From positions 608,001 to 672,000 of the forward strand of contig JAYQLI010000035.1 in assembly GCA_038143065.1 (NCBI GenBank): a DNA stretch of 64,000 nt. Reading direction: 5' to 3'. The position numbers were made by a program, and so were the translations under genes. A model generated the notes under the pieces. That model had not been told where the DNA came from and ran no database searches. It worked only from the letters and a program-made list of their open reading frames with translations. The DNA is from Rhodospirillales bacterium. GTDB taxonomy: Bacteria > Pseudomonadota > Alphaproteobacteria > Bin95. Every line of letters starts with the position of its first letter. The stretch's first letter is position 1. Below, piece by piece: positions 33,819 through 44,278 of this stretch.

Positions 33819-35363
33819 GTGAGAGTTATTGAGCTCGCCAGAAGCAGCCATAAGCCCTTAATGGTAGCTACATGTGCTTCGTTGGTATTGCTTGCCACAT
33901 CAAACATCGCTGTTGCGGCTGGGCCTGACATTGATCGACCACGTGAGATGGACGGAAGCGTCCGTGTAACAGATTACGACGATAGTGTTTTTAAAGCTGA
34001 TCCTACTTACGAAGATAAGCCATATAGTGCTGAAGAGCAGATTAAGATCTATGGTGGCAAGAAGGACATCAAGGAACCCAGACCAATCATTGAAATTGGT
34101 CAGCCTCAATACATTGAGGGGCCCTTTAACCAATCCGATGGCTTTAAAGATTTAGGAGATAAAAACCCATTTTCTTGGGCTTTCTCAGTCTTCGGCGATT
34201 TCAGAACTGCAGTTGCCGGAAATGATATTGGTAACGACGAAGTATTTGAATGGGCGAATGTCCTGAACTTAGATGTTGACCTTAAGATTACATCAACCGA
34301 GAGAATACACGCTTTCCTAAAACCAATCGACCAGGGAGCAAATGTAGCAGGCTTCAGAACCGGAGATGATAGCGGGAATAATGGTTTTAACGGTGATGTT
34401 GATGCCGGGTTAGAAACCTTATTCTTTGAAGGTGATCTAGGCGTGATCGCGTCTGGTTTAACCGATGAATATCAATCTCAAGATCTGCCATTTTCGTTTG
34501 GACTAGTCCCTTTAATTATGCAAAACGGCCTCTGGGTAGATGACGCATTTCTTGGGGGAGGTTTCGCCTTCCCATCAATGAACAGCCCATTGCTCGATAT
34601 CACTAATATGGACATAACCTTCTTCTCTGGTTTTGGCGAAATTGATTCACCAGCCATTGCAGATGCTAATGGTACAGCATTCAATAATGAGGCCATGCTG
34701 TTCGGTGCCGCGGCATTTATTGAATGGTTTGAAGGTTATTCTGAATTTGGCATTGGTTACGTCGAAGGCACACAGGAAGTTGGAGATATTGATTACTTCA
34801 ACATTACCGGTGCGTTTACCAGAAGGTATGGTGGTTGGCTTTCAAACAGCGTTCGGCTGTTTGGTGCTGTAGGACAGGACACAAATAACCGAGCAAAAAC
34901 TGCTGACGGATTTGCGCTTCTCGTTGAGAACTCTCTCATTACAAGCAAACCAGGCACATACGTTCCTTATGGCAATTTTTGGATTGGCATGGATAAGCCT
35001 CAGGCTTTAGCTAAAAACAATGGTGGGCTTTTAAGAAATACAGGCATAACATTCGAAGCAGATGGGATGACGAGTTTTCCCAAACTCGATGACACCGCAA
35101 ATGATACCTACGGTGGCGCCATTGGCATTAACTACCTGTTTAGTCTTGACCAGCAGCTAGTTGTCGAGGCCTCAACAGTACAAATGCTTGAAGGTGACAA
35201 TCAAGCTGGGCAGTCCGCACAAGGCGCTCAGTATGCGGTTGGCTTTAGGTATCAGAAACCAATTACTAATCGTGTAATTCTACGCACCGATGGTATTTAT
35301 GCCGTTCGAGAAAATGCCAAAGATGTGGCTGGTGTCCGTTTTGAAGTTCGCATAAAGTTTTAG
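33819..35363 (+). CDS. Outer-membrane beta-barrel protein (putative porin)
   Basis: Signal peptide ending AVA; Gly/Asp/Asn/aromatic-rich amphipathic strands; C-terminal VRFEVRIKF BAM-type signal. Confidence 0.75.
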   Translation: MRVIELARSSHKPLMVATCASLVLLATSNIAVAAGPDIDRPREMDGSVRVTDYDDSVFKADPTYEDKPYSAEEQIKIYGGKKDIKEPRPIIEIGQPQYIEGPFNQSDGFKDLGDKNPFSWAFSVFGDFRTAVAGNDIGNDEVFEWANVLNLDVDLKITSTERIHAFLKPIDQGANVAGFRTGDDSGNNGFNGDVDAGLETLFFEGDLGVIASGLTDEYQSQDLPFSFGLVPLIMQNGLWVDDAFLGGGFAFPSMNSPLLDITNMDITFFSGFGEIDSPAIADANGTAFNNEAMLFGAAAFIEWFEGYSEFGIGYVEGTQEVGDIDYFNITGAFTRRYGGWLSNSVRLFGAVGQDTNNRAKTADGFALLVENSLITSKPGTYVPYGNFWIGMDKPQALAKNNGGLLRNTGITFEADGMTSFPKLDDTANDTYGGAIGINYLFSLDQQLVVEASTVQMLEGDNQAGQSAQGAQYAVGFRYQKPITNRVILRTDGIYAVRENAKDVAGVRFEVRIKF

Positions 35364-35447
35364 CTTAGACAAAAAAGCCTACTAATAGATTGGCGTTAGT
35401 ATTTTTACTTAAGATTGTACGACCCAAAATCTTGGGAGGATATTAAG

Positions 35448-36718
35448 GTGGAAAATATGGCGGCTTATTTAGCCACTGCTGCAGCTAGTCTCCTTGCTAT
35501 TTATATCCTGACGTTAATCTATGGATCGATTAGACAACAACTTCAGCTCGCTCGTCACTTTGAAGAACAGTCCTCACTTTTCAGAGCACGAGCAGATAGT
35601 CTGCAAAAAGCGCGGGCAGAAGAAATCCAAAAGACTCAAAATACCTGGAATGGTTTTAGAAAATTTGAGGTCGCTGAAAAAATAAACGAAATTGATGATT
35701 GCCACTCAATCTACTTAAAGCCACATGATGGGCGCCCTCTACCTCCCTTCGAGCCAGGACAATTTCTGACTTTTAAGTTTAAGGTTCCAGATCAAGCAAG
35801 CGATGTGATCAGATGTTACTCGCTGTCTGATGCACCTGGTAGAGATTACTACAGGATCACTGTTAAAAAGGTACCACCGCCACGAGGAAAGCCTGAATTA
35901 CCGTCTGGTGTTTCGTCCACGTATGTTAACGAAGTTCTCAAACAAGGTGATATTATTGATGTGAGAGCTCCGAACGGTGGCTTTTATCTGCAAAGGCAAC
36001 ATCGCCGTCCAGTCGTACTCATCGGTGGCGGTGTGGGGATCACTCCTGTTCTAAGCATGCTTAATTATATCATAGAGCATGAACCAGATCGTGAGACTTG
36101 GTTTTTCTTTGGTGCTCCCAACAAAGCAGGGCACATAATGCAGCAACATCTAAGAGAAGTTGCCGAGAACCATCCAAATATTAATATGAATATTTGTTAC
36201 TCTGACCCTACTGAAGACGATGTGCATGGCGAGGATTATGACCACCATGCTCGGGTGTCTGTGGAGCTCTTCAAAGAATTGCTTCCATCAAACAACTATG
36301 AGTACTACTTCTGCGGCCCTCCCCAATGATGAATGCCCTGGATGCCGATTTAAAGGCCTGGGGCGTACCGGAAGCGGACATACACTACGAGGCGTTTGGG
36401 CCAGCTTCGGTAAAGAAAGCCGCTCCACCTGCAGCGGCAAGCGAAGGCACTGAAGCTGCAGCTGCCATACCTTTAACGTTTGCAAAGTCAGGAAAGACAC
36501 TCGATTGGACACCAGCATCAGGTACAATTTTAGATTTAGCCGAAGCAAATGGAGTAGACATCGCATCAGGCTGTAGAGCCGGTAGCTGCGGAACATGCTT
36601 GACGGCAATCATTGAAGGTGATGTTGGATACGCAACACCACCTGATGCGGCTGTAGAAAATGGCTCTTGTTTGTCATGTGTTGGGACGCCTAAATGCCCT
36701 TTAAAAATCGACGCCTAG
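35448..36718 (+). CDS. Membrane-anchored FAD/NAD(P)H oxidoreductase with C-terminal [2Fe-2S] ferredoxin (frameshift ~36320)
   Basis: N-terminal TM; PGQFL, RCYSL, GGGVGITP and CGPP(P)MM; CRAGSCGTC...C; GGAGGA RBS before GTG 35448. Confidence 0.9.
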
Positions 36719-37678
36719 CAGGAGGACTAGTTAGGCAGGCCAACTCCTGGATAGTAAACCTTACCGGAATATCTATAGTTGTCTCAACGGGGCGGCCTCC
36801 TTTTATTGCAGGCTTAAATCTCCAGTTTTTAACCGCTTTCAATGCTGCGTTATCCAGTCGATCAAATCCGCTTGTTTGGATGATTATTGCATGGGTGGTT
36901 GTGCCGGTAATCGATATATCCAATCGGACCCTAACAACCCCTCTTCACCCAATCGTTTTGAGACACTCGGATAAATTGGTGGCGCATTTTTAGAAAGTAT
37001 TGAAACAGGCTGATGCTCGAACTGTTGATTGCGGGCGTTCTTGCTCGATGACAACAGATAATATTCTAATTTATTATCATTTTTAAAAGATCTTCCTTCA
37101 GCATGTATATCTGATCTCTGGCTCTTAAAATCGCCTTGACGAACAAGATCAACGCTATCCAATTGCGGGTATGATTTTAAAGAAACCTGTCTATCTAAAT
37201 CTAAGCCTACCGCACTACTAACGACTTTGACCTCTGCGGATTTTACTTTTTTACCGAGCAAGTTCTGCAGGACTTCGGGTGTTTTTGCAGAGTGTGAAAA
37301 CTGCACTAGTTTGGAAGACGCTAATGACTCAGCATCTTGATTGGCAGAAACAATCCCTACTTCGGCTTGCTTTAATAATATACCTGGCTTCGCAGTACCA
37401 ATCGTCTCGGTTGATATGCGTTGCTCTGATCTTTCGGAAACCCTAGACCGCAAAGTTATAACTTTTTCTATCTCTTTCAATGACAACTGGTTTTCAAAAC
37501 CCGTAGGGATACTGGGCTCATAATTCTGTGGTATTTCAAATAATAAACTAATCGGGATCGCATCTTTTTGAACCGGTTTGTTAAATGCGTGATTGGCAAA
37601 AATTGCCAATACCAAAGCAAAATGGCATGCAAACGAGACAATTAGGAATTTTTTAAATGATGATGAGTATAGGGACAT
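36690..37678 (-). CDS. tonB: TonB family energy transducer (frameshift ~36935)
   Basis: N-terminal TM with SFACH; PIYPSVSKRLGEEG; C-domain TSGFDRLDNAALKAVKNWRFKPA...IPVRF. Confidence 0.85.
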
Positions 37679-37696
37679 TTAAGAATATTTGGACAA

Positions 37697-38473
37697 TTAA
37701 GCATCGCTCGAAATTATCCTTTCGAAATCTAACCCCTCTTTAATTTCTCCTCCTATCGGCCTTATCCCAAAACATTGGAATAAATTTTCATTGTTAAAGA
37801 CTACCTGTGGTTTATCAAAGCTTATACAGGTACCAAATTGTCCCAACAAAAGAGCTTTATCGGCAAATCGAAAAGCATGACGTATTTCGTGAGTTGTGAA
37901 AATTACTATCCTATCGGATGCAGCAATTTCTTTAAGCTTGGCCATCACATCAAGTTGGACACCAGGATCAAGCGCGGCTGCCGGTTCATCTGCAAGTAAA
38001 ATCTCAGGATCACCTACCAATGCCCGCGCTAGGTGTACTCTCTGTAACTCACCACCTGACAACTCGTTTGCGGGACGGTGAGTTAGTCTTTCCAATCGAA
38101 AATTTTCAATTTGCCGATCAATTTTTTCATTTTCAGATGCCGTAATTTTATCTAATCGGCTTCCAAACGGCACCAGTCCAAGGGCAACGACATCTCTTAC
38201 GGAAAGTGCCCAATGTATTTCAGATCGTTGGGGAAGATACGAGATGCACCGCGCACGAAAATTTGAATCCAGTTGGGTTAATTCCCTTCCATTAAAAAGG
38301 ATGCTGCCAGAACTCAAAGAACTAAGTGATGCCAACGCCCTTAGAAGAGTTGTTTTTCCGGCGCCATTTGGTCCTGATACCGCAAGCAGATTTCCACTGG
38401 TGATATTAAAACTAATGTTTTTAAGATATCCACCCTTCGTAACAGACAATTGCTTTACCGCTATCTCACTCAA
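37697..38473 (-). CDS. btuD: Cobalamin/iron-siderophore ABC transporter ATPase (BtuD-like)
   Basis: GPNGAGKTT, LSGGELQR and LLADEP; lies in the B12-riboswitch operon. Confidence 0.8.
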   Translation of the reverse strand: MSEIAVKQLSVTKGGYLKNISFNITSGNLLAVSGPNGAGKTTLLRALASLSSLSSGSILFNGRELTQLDSNFRARCISYLPQRSEIHWALSVRDVVALGLVPFGSRLDKITASENEKIDRQIENFRLERLTHRPANELSGGELQRVHLARALVGDPEILLADEPAAALDPGVQLDVMAKLKEIAASDRIVIFTTHEIRHAFRFADKALLLGQFGTCISFDKPQVVFNNENLFQCFGIRPIGGEIKEGLDFERIISSDA

Positions 38474-38475
38474 AC

Positions 38476-39456
38476 CTAGCCTCTCCTTAGCTTAAGAATA
38501 AGAGCCAAGAAAAACGGCGCACCAATGAGTGCGGTTAAAACTCCCAATTTTAATTCTGAGCCTACTGAGAACACTCGTACTGCAAGGTCCGCAATCCCAA
38601 GCATGACTGCGCCTCCTAGAGCACTGGCAAAAAGGAGGGCTCCGGGCCGATGCCCAACAAAGGGACGCAATATGTGAGGAACAGCTAAACCAACAAAACC
38701 AATCACGCCGGCAACAGATGTTGCAGCGCCAACTGCCAAGGCTGTTCCAAATATAATCCTAACACTTACACCTCTCAGATTAAGGCCAAGACTACGAGCA
38801 GTTTCGGGGCCTAAAGACAAAGCATCTAGTGATGTACGAACACTTAAAAGTAGCCCCCATCCAATCATCATGAATGGGAGTGATACCCAAAGATGCTCCA
38901 TGCTACGGTCGGCCAACGAGCCCATTAACCAAAAGATAATCTCAGTTGCGGCAAAGGGATTTGGCGCAAAATTTAGTGCTAACGCTGTTAAAGAACCGGC
39001 TAAACTCGATATAGCCACACCTGCTAAAATTAGAGTTTCAGAATTACCTGCTCGACCAGCTAAAAACCAAACAAGCACTGTCGCCAACAGCGCCGATACA
39101 ATTCCTGCTAACGGGAGTATTAGCGTCCATCCCCCAAAAGCACCAAAGTAGAAAACTATAACCGAACCCAACGCAGCTGCAGGACCAGATCCTAATAAAG
39201 CAGGTTCGGCTAATGGGTTTTGCAAAAACCCTTGAAGGGCGGCCCCGCTTAGACCCAACGACGCTCCAATCGATATTGCAAGCAATATCCTAGGTAATCG
39301 CACTTCAAGCAGGATCAGCTTTGTTAAATTACTTCCTTCGCCAGACAACTCCTTAGCGGCTTCGTATAGTGAAATATTAGCGGGCCCATATAGTAACCCT
39401 GCGAAAAATACAGCCAAAACACTCAGGACAAGGAGTATGTATGAGTGAATCTTCAC
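38476..39456 (-). CDS. btuC: FecCD/BtuC-family ABC permease
   Basis: RLPRILLA, LQNPLAEP and GVIGFVGLAVPH. Confidence 0.85.
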   Translation of the reverse strand: MKIHSYILLVLSVLAVFFAGLLYGPANISLYEAAKELSGEGSNLTKLILLEVRLPRILLAISIGASLGLSGAALQGFLQNPLAEPALLGSGPAAALGSVIVFYFGAFGGWTLILPLAGIVSALLATVLVWFLAGRAGNSETLILAGVAISSLAGSLTALALNFAPNPFAATEIIFWLMGSLADRSMEHLWVSLPFMMIGWGLLLSVRTSLDALSLGPETARSLGLNLRGVSVRIIFGTALAVGAATSVAGVIGFVGLAVPHILRPFVGHRPGALLFASALGGAVMLGIADLAVRVFSVGSELKLGVLTALIGAPFFLALILKLRRG

Positions 39457-40280
39457 TCCATATTCTCCCGAATGCGACGAAGCTTATTGAATGCCTCAGT
39501 TATAAACGGACTTCCACAAGTCCATAACCTATCTGGAATTGTTGTAGAGCGGTCATCCTTAAATATCACTTTAAGGGACCGATGACGTGGTACTATGCTT
39601 GCTAACGATGCAGGGCCATTTTCTGGAAGTATGAGAAGGTCTGGTTGGAGTGAAATTAATTCTTCAACTGAAAAATATTTTGGAACTTTAGAATTATGTC
39701 GACTGTTCAGATCGAGAAAACCAGCATGCCGGGTCACGCGAGCTGCTAACGAACTACTTCCTGGCGTATAACCATTATCCCAATAAAGAGCCGCGGTAAG
39801 CTTTTGCTTATTAAGCCCAGAAGACATCTTAAGTGCTTGATTGAGATGCTTGATAATACTTTCACCAGCTGCCTTCTCACCAACAGCGTTCGCAACAACT
39901 CTTATATTTCTCTGAATGCCATCAAAATCATTTGCTATCGGAAGTTCAAGTACATTAATGCCGGCACGTTTTAGCAATTTAACAGTGGATCGTGCTGAAA
40001 AGCCTCCAGAAAACACTATGTCTGGATTAAGAGGTAAAATTTCCTCTACAAGACCATAGTTTCTATGAAACCCTTTGGCTTTATCTGAAAGAGCTGAAAA
40101 ATTTGGATTGCTCGCAAAGTAACTCAAAGAAACGACATGTTGCTCTTTCGCGAGAAGCATCACCAACTGATCTGCGCAAAGATGAGTAGAGACAATTCTC
40201 TTCGGCGTGGCAGCAGAAGCGTGGAAATCACTATAAAGAACTAGGAGTAAGGATAAACTTACTTTGATAAATACTCTCAT
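39453..40280 (-). CDS. btuF: Periplasmic cobalamin-binding protein (BtuF-like)
   Basis: Signal peptide; PKRIVSTHLCADQL; WTCGSP. Confidence 0.8.
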   Translation of the reverse strand: MRVFIKVSLSLLLVLYSDFHASAATPKRIVSTHLCADQLVMLLAKEQHVVSLSYFASNPNFSALSDKAKGFHRNYGLVEEILPLNPDIVFSGGFSARSTVKLLKRAGINVLELPIANDFDGIQRNIRVVANAVGEKAAGESIIKHLNQALKMSSGLNKQKLTAALYWDNGYTPGSSSLAARVTRHAGFLDLNSRHNSKVPKYFSVEELISLQPDLLILPENGPASLASIVPRHRSLKVIFKDDRSTTIPDRLWTCGSPFITEAFNKLRRIRENME

Positions 40281-42188
40281 CCCCCCAATTGAACCTGAAG
40301 CCCCATGAACGCGCCAAACCCAGGGTTGGCGGTCCCAAATACGTTCTCATACCTCTCGTTCAGTATATTCTGCAGCCTGCCAAAAATACTCACGCTGTCC
40401 GTTAATTTATATTTGATATTAGAATCAGCTAAAATGTAACTATCCAAAGTTACCGTCTGACTTCCAAAAGGTAATACCGCCTGAAAGGCCGTATCATTTT
40501 GCTTACCATAATAGGTCCCACCAAAATTTATCTCCAAGTCGCCGTTAAAACGAGTAAGTGTGGAACGCAGGCTAGCAATATGTTTAGGGCGGCGAATGAG
40601 CTCAACCCCATTCGCATCTTCTGTCGTTGTGTATGTATACTGTCCACTGAAAGAAAGGTTCGTTGCAGGGCGGATAGAAACCTCAAACTCCGCCCCCTCG
40701 ATCTTATTTTTTCCATTTAAATTTACAGCAGTTGCACCAGCACCCTGAATTAGGTTTTTGATGTTATTTTCAAAATAGGTGGCAGCAAAAGTTGCCTGTC
40801 CATTCATAAATTCTTGCTCAACTCCAACATCCCATCCGTAACTTTTTTCGGATTTCAGATTTGGGTTTGGAGTGAAGCCGGGAGCAAAACCGAATAGTTC
40901 AAAAAGTGTAGGGTTTTTAACCCCTTCTCCATAACTTGTATGAAGGCGAGTTCCAGTATCTTTAACAACGTACGCACCAGTAGTCCGCACGGTATTTGTA
41001 TTTTTGAAAAGGTCATTTTCGTCATGGCGAATACTTGCGCTTAGAAAGATTTGATCAAAAAGATCTAATTTATATTCACCGACAAAACCTATGGTTTCTG
41101 AGTCTACATCTGACTGAATGCCACCACCAAGCACGTCTTGCGCATCAATTTCATTATCAACCAGAAAGGTAAAAACATGAGATGCTTCAGCGAGCGCACT
41201 AGTTTCTATAAAAACATTTGATTGGTAATAAGCCCGTCGTTTATCTCCCTTAAAGGTAGAGGCAAACCCTCCGAAATTCTCTCGGTCAATTTCAGATATT
41301 CCGAGGCCTAATATATGCTCCCATTGCCCTTCAAAGCTCTGCAAAACAGACTTCAGGCCTAAAGAAAATGCCTCACTTTCTGTTTCTGATTGACTGTCTA
41401 CCGGGAGGGAAAAGCCCGCCTACGTTGCCTAGCTCATCAAATTCTTGCTGAGAGTCAACGTAGCGTCCTACGATCTCAAAATCTAAATTTTCAGTCAGCT
41501 GAATCCCAATTTTCGTATTGAACGCAGTAACATCAAATCCATCCTGTTCAGTATTACCCTGGCGCTCTGGAGCGAATGAAACACCTTCGGTACTGAATTC
41601 TGATAACCCAAGGGAGTAATTAACAATTCCTTCCGAACCTCGAACACTTACGGCTGCTTTCCCGGTACCGAATGATCCACCTTCGGCGCTAGCTGCAGCT
41701 TTAATCGCTCCATCTCCGCTTTTAGTTATGATATTAATGACGCCACCTATTGCATCGCTTCCGTAAAGTGAGCTCTGTGGCCCCCGGAGGATTTCTACGC
41801 GCTCAATATCATCTACGAGCAAAGTATTGAAATCGAATTCTGAAGCTCCGCTAGGATCGTTTACTTCCACCCCATCTATTAGAACCAATGTATGGTTGGC
41901 TTCAGTTCCACGCATACGAACTTGCGTTTGCGCCCCAACAGGTCCTGTTCTGCTTAACGAGATACCAGGTACGTCCCGAAAAACGTCAGCTACAAAACTA
42001 GTTTGCTTTCTCGAGAACTCTTCCGATGTCACTACAGAAATAGAGCTGCCAGACGCAATTCGCGAAGTTGGCGTTCGGTTGGCAGTAACGACAACCTCAG
42101 GCATAACCTGAGGATAATTTTGGGCAAAACTCGCGCTTTCGGACACGAATATAAGCCCCGCAAACAATAAAAATCCTGAGAGCCGCAT
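40277..42188 (-). CDS. btuB: TonB-dependent cobalamin receptor (frameshift ~41400)
   Basis: TonB box EVVVTANR; plug RGTEANHTLVLIDG and IERVEILRGPQSSLYGSDAIGGVINIIT; NPNLKSE; directly downstream of the cobalamin riboswitch. Confidence 0.9.
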
Positions 42189-42339
42189 TACGACGTATTC
42201 CCCATAAGACCGTTGCGCCAATGACCGCCTACATGAATGAGGAGTTAAAACACACTCACCCAACAGGCACTCATTACGCATCGCCTATCACGGAGAACCG
42301 TTGCGCTACCTACCCCGGGCTACGCGTGGGCGACACTAA

Positions 42340-42518
42340 TGCTGGCAGGTCTCCTGGCTCACGGGTCTATGTCCGCTCCTGGCCTTCCCGGAATCATCCA
42401 GTGACCATGAGATAGACACGAACTCGCCGTTTACAGTTGCGGGGACAGCCAAGGTTTCCTGGTAAACCTAGATTAACCAGATCCTTGTTCCCTTTTGCTT
42501 CCCTAAGGAACCAGCACT
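42340..42518 (-). promoter_or_regulatory. Cobalamin (B12) riboswitch
   Basis: Minus strand reads GGTTCC...AAAAGGGAAC...CTGTCCCCGCAACTGTAA...GTCACTGG...CCGGGAAGGC...GAGCCAGGAGACCTGCC, the B12-box consensus. Confidence 0.95.
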
Positions 42519-42575
42519 GAAATTAGTTAGTAGTAGGTGCGATGAATGGTCAAGCTAAAGTTATCAAGAACTTCG

Positions 42576-42887
42576 CTATGCATCCGACATTATGTGGATT
42601 ACTCGATCAGCTAGGAGTTCTTTGGTCAAAGCACCATATGCCTTCATGTGTGCTGACACAGCGTGAGCTTTCAAATGATCCAAGCTCGCCCATTTTTCCA
42701 CCACTACGAATGTATCTTCACCGTACTTCGCAGCAAAGTCTGCATTAGCGCAATCAATCGTAGCGCCGTATTCGATACAACCATCTTCTGCAAGTACTGC
42801 GGGAACATTCGCTTTAAAGTGCTTTAGCACCTCGTCTCTTTTACCTGCTTTGGTTGTTATGACTGCGATAACATGAACACGACTCAT
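42576..42887 (-). CDS. ABM-domain protein (YgiN-like putative quinol monooxygenase)
   Basis: VLAEDGCIEY and VVEKWASLDHLKAHAVSAHM. Confidence 0.85.
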   Translation of the reverse strand: MSRVHVIAVITTKAGKRDEVLKHFKANVPAVLAEDGCIEYGATIDCANADFAAKYGEDTFVVVEKWASLDHLKAHAVSAHMKAYGALTKELLADRVIHIMSDA

Positions 42888-43079
42888 CAATAATATCTCC
42901 ATTAATTTTACTTTTTTAGCCTGCAGTTACTTCAGATAAGCGTCAATGTCTCGTTCCACTCAACTGCAGCTAACAATGCGACTAAAACCATACACGTATA
43001 TTATCAAAGTACGTTTGGCCCTGATGAACAATGCTATTAGAGACTTAAGATCGTAAAGAAATGACTTTGGAGTTCTGGT

Positions 43080-43235
43080 GTGTCCAAAATTCGTCGAAAA
43101 TCAGACCTTCCATCAAAGACATGCAAGGTTTGTGGCAGACCATTCAGCTGGCGTAAGAAATGGGAAAAGGTTTGGGATGAAGTAGTTTATTGTTCAAAGC
43201 GCTGCGCATCGAATAGAGCCAAATCAGGACAGTAA
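43080..43235 (+). CDS. DUF2256 family small Cys-rich protein (51 aa)
   Basis: Below the ORF-track cutoff; reads MSKIRRKSDLPSKTCKVCGRPFSWRKKWEKVWDEVVYCSKRC; GGAG upstream. Confidence 0.88.
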   Translation: MSKIRRKSDLPSKTCKVCGRPFSWRKKWEKVWDEVVYCSKRCASNRAKSGQ

Positions 43236-43763
43236 TTGGGATTTTAGTTTTTGTACTTGGATTGCCTACCACGATTTAGATCTAGGAGTCCCTATTTTTA
43301 GCCCTGAACATAGTAACAAAAACTAATTTCATAAAAATTACTTACTTTCTCAAAGTGCGAAGAAACACAGACCTTTTTCACGGTTTTCCATGATCATAAT
43401 GAAGCAGAGCCTAAGCTAGAAAGTCTCTCCAAGCCGCAAGCCTTCAAAAATAAGCACTGTGATAATATTGAAATGCGTATCGACGTTAAAAATACAGATC
43501 GGTCGGGCTCAGAGTTTTATAATAAAACCTTATCTTTAGCTCGTACGTCTTCGGTTGCTGATGCGATAGTTACACCATGGCTGTATTAATACACCCTTAG
43601 TGTGTCCGGAACTGGCGAAGACAAACCAGCTTATCAGACAAACAATGCGTTTCGGGAACCTAGCTACCGAAGATCACAAATTGCAATTAGTTTCATATTA
43701 AAAATTAAACAGAGATAAATCCGAGCAAAATTACGACGAATACTTTTTTTCACAGGGTTTTTC

Positions 43764-44278
43764 TTAGTTTTGAGGCCATGCTTCAAATGTGATAGTTGCT
43801 TTCGTTTCGGCATTCTCTTTCACTAATTTGTACAAAGGTCCGGTGTCCATCTTTTTACATATATCCTTCGGGATGCCTTGCCCTTTATATTTTTTACCAA
43901 GCTTTTCACACGTCAGATCGTTTCCGTAATCAATTCTGTGTTTGTGCCAATTTGGTTTCAATTGGATCGTTTTATTTGATCCAGGGAAAGAGATCTTAAT
44001 TTTTTTAGGCATTCGTTTCTCTGCTTTTCTAATCAAATTATAACAATCCCCCTCCTTTAAATTGTCAGCCCTATTCATATCGACCTCCCCAACAAAAGCC
44101 ATACGATAAGTCTCTTTCTTGCCGTCTGGGGTCTTATAATTGGTACCACTCGTATAACCACAAAGCCGACGACTACTTTGGGCGTGGAATTTTCAAAAGA
44201 AATACAGACTAAAGCGACACTGATGGTCATCGCCGTAAGCCATAAACTTGCGGATCGCTCCTTTAAAAAAAACTTCAA
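43764..44278 (-). CDS. Hypothetical secreted Lys-rich protein of ~170 aa (frameshift ~44190)
   Basis: The signal-like N-terminus of ORF 44075-44278 joins HAQSSRRLCGYTSGTNYKTPDGKKETYR, which is in frame with ORF 43764-44102. Confidence 0.6.

Noticed and set aside
26378-36718. MtrCAB/MtoAB, NrfABCD or alternative complex III
   Set aside because: No contiguous MtrA-type decaheme, CxxCK heme, NrfD/ActC-type multi-TM subunit or molybdopterin-fold subunit; the cNMP fusion belongs to none of these.
35448-42518. Functional link between the reductase and B12 uptake (catabolic reductive dehalogenase-like)
   Set aside because: No RdhA cobalamin-binding domain is seen and the operons are convergent; adjacency is probably incidental.
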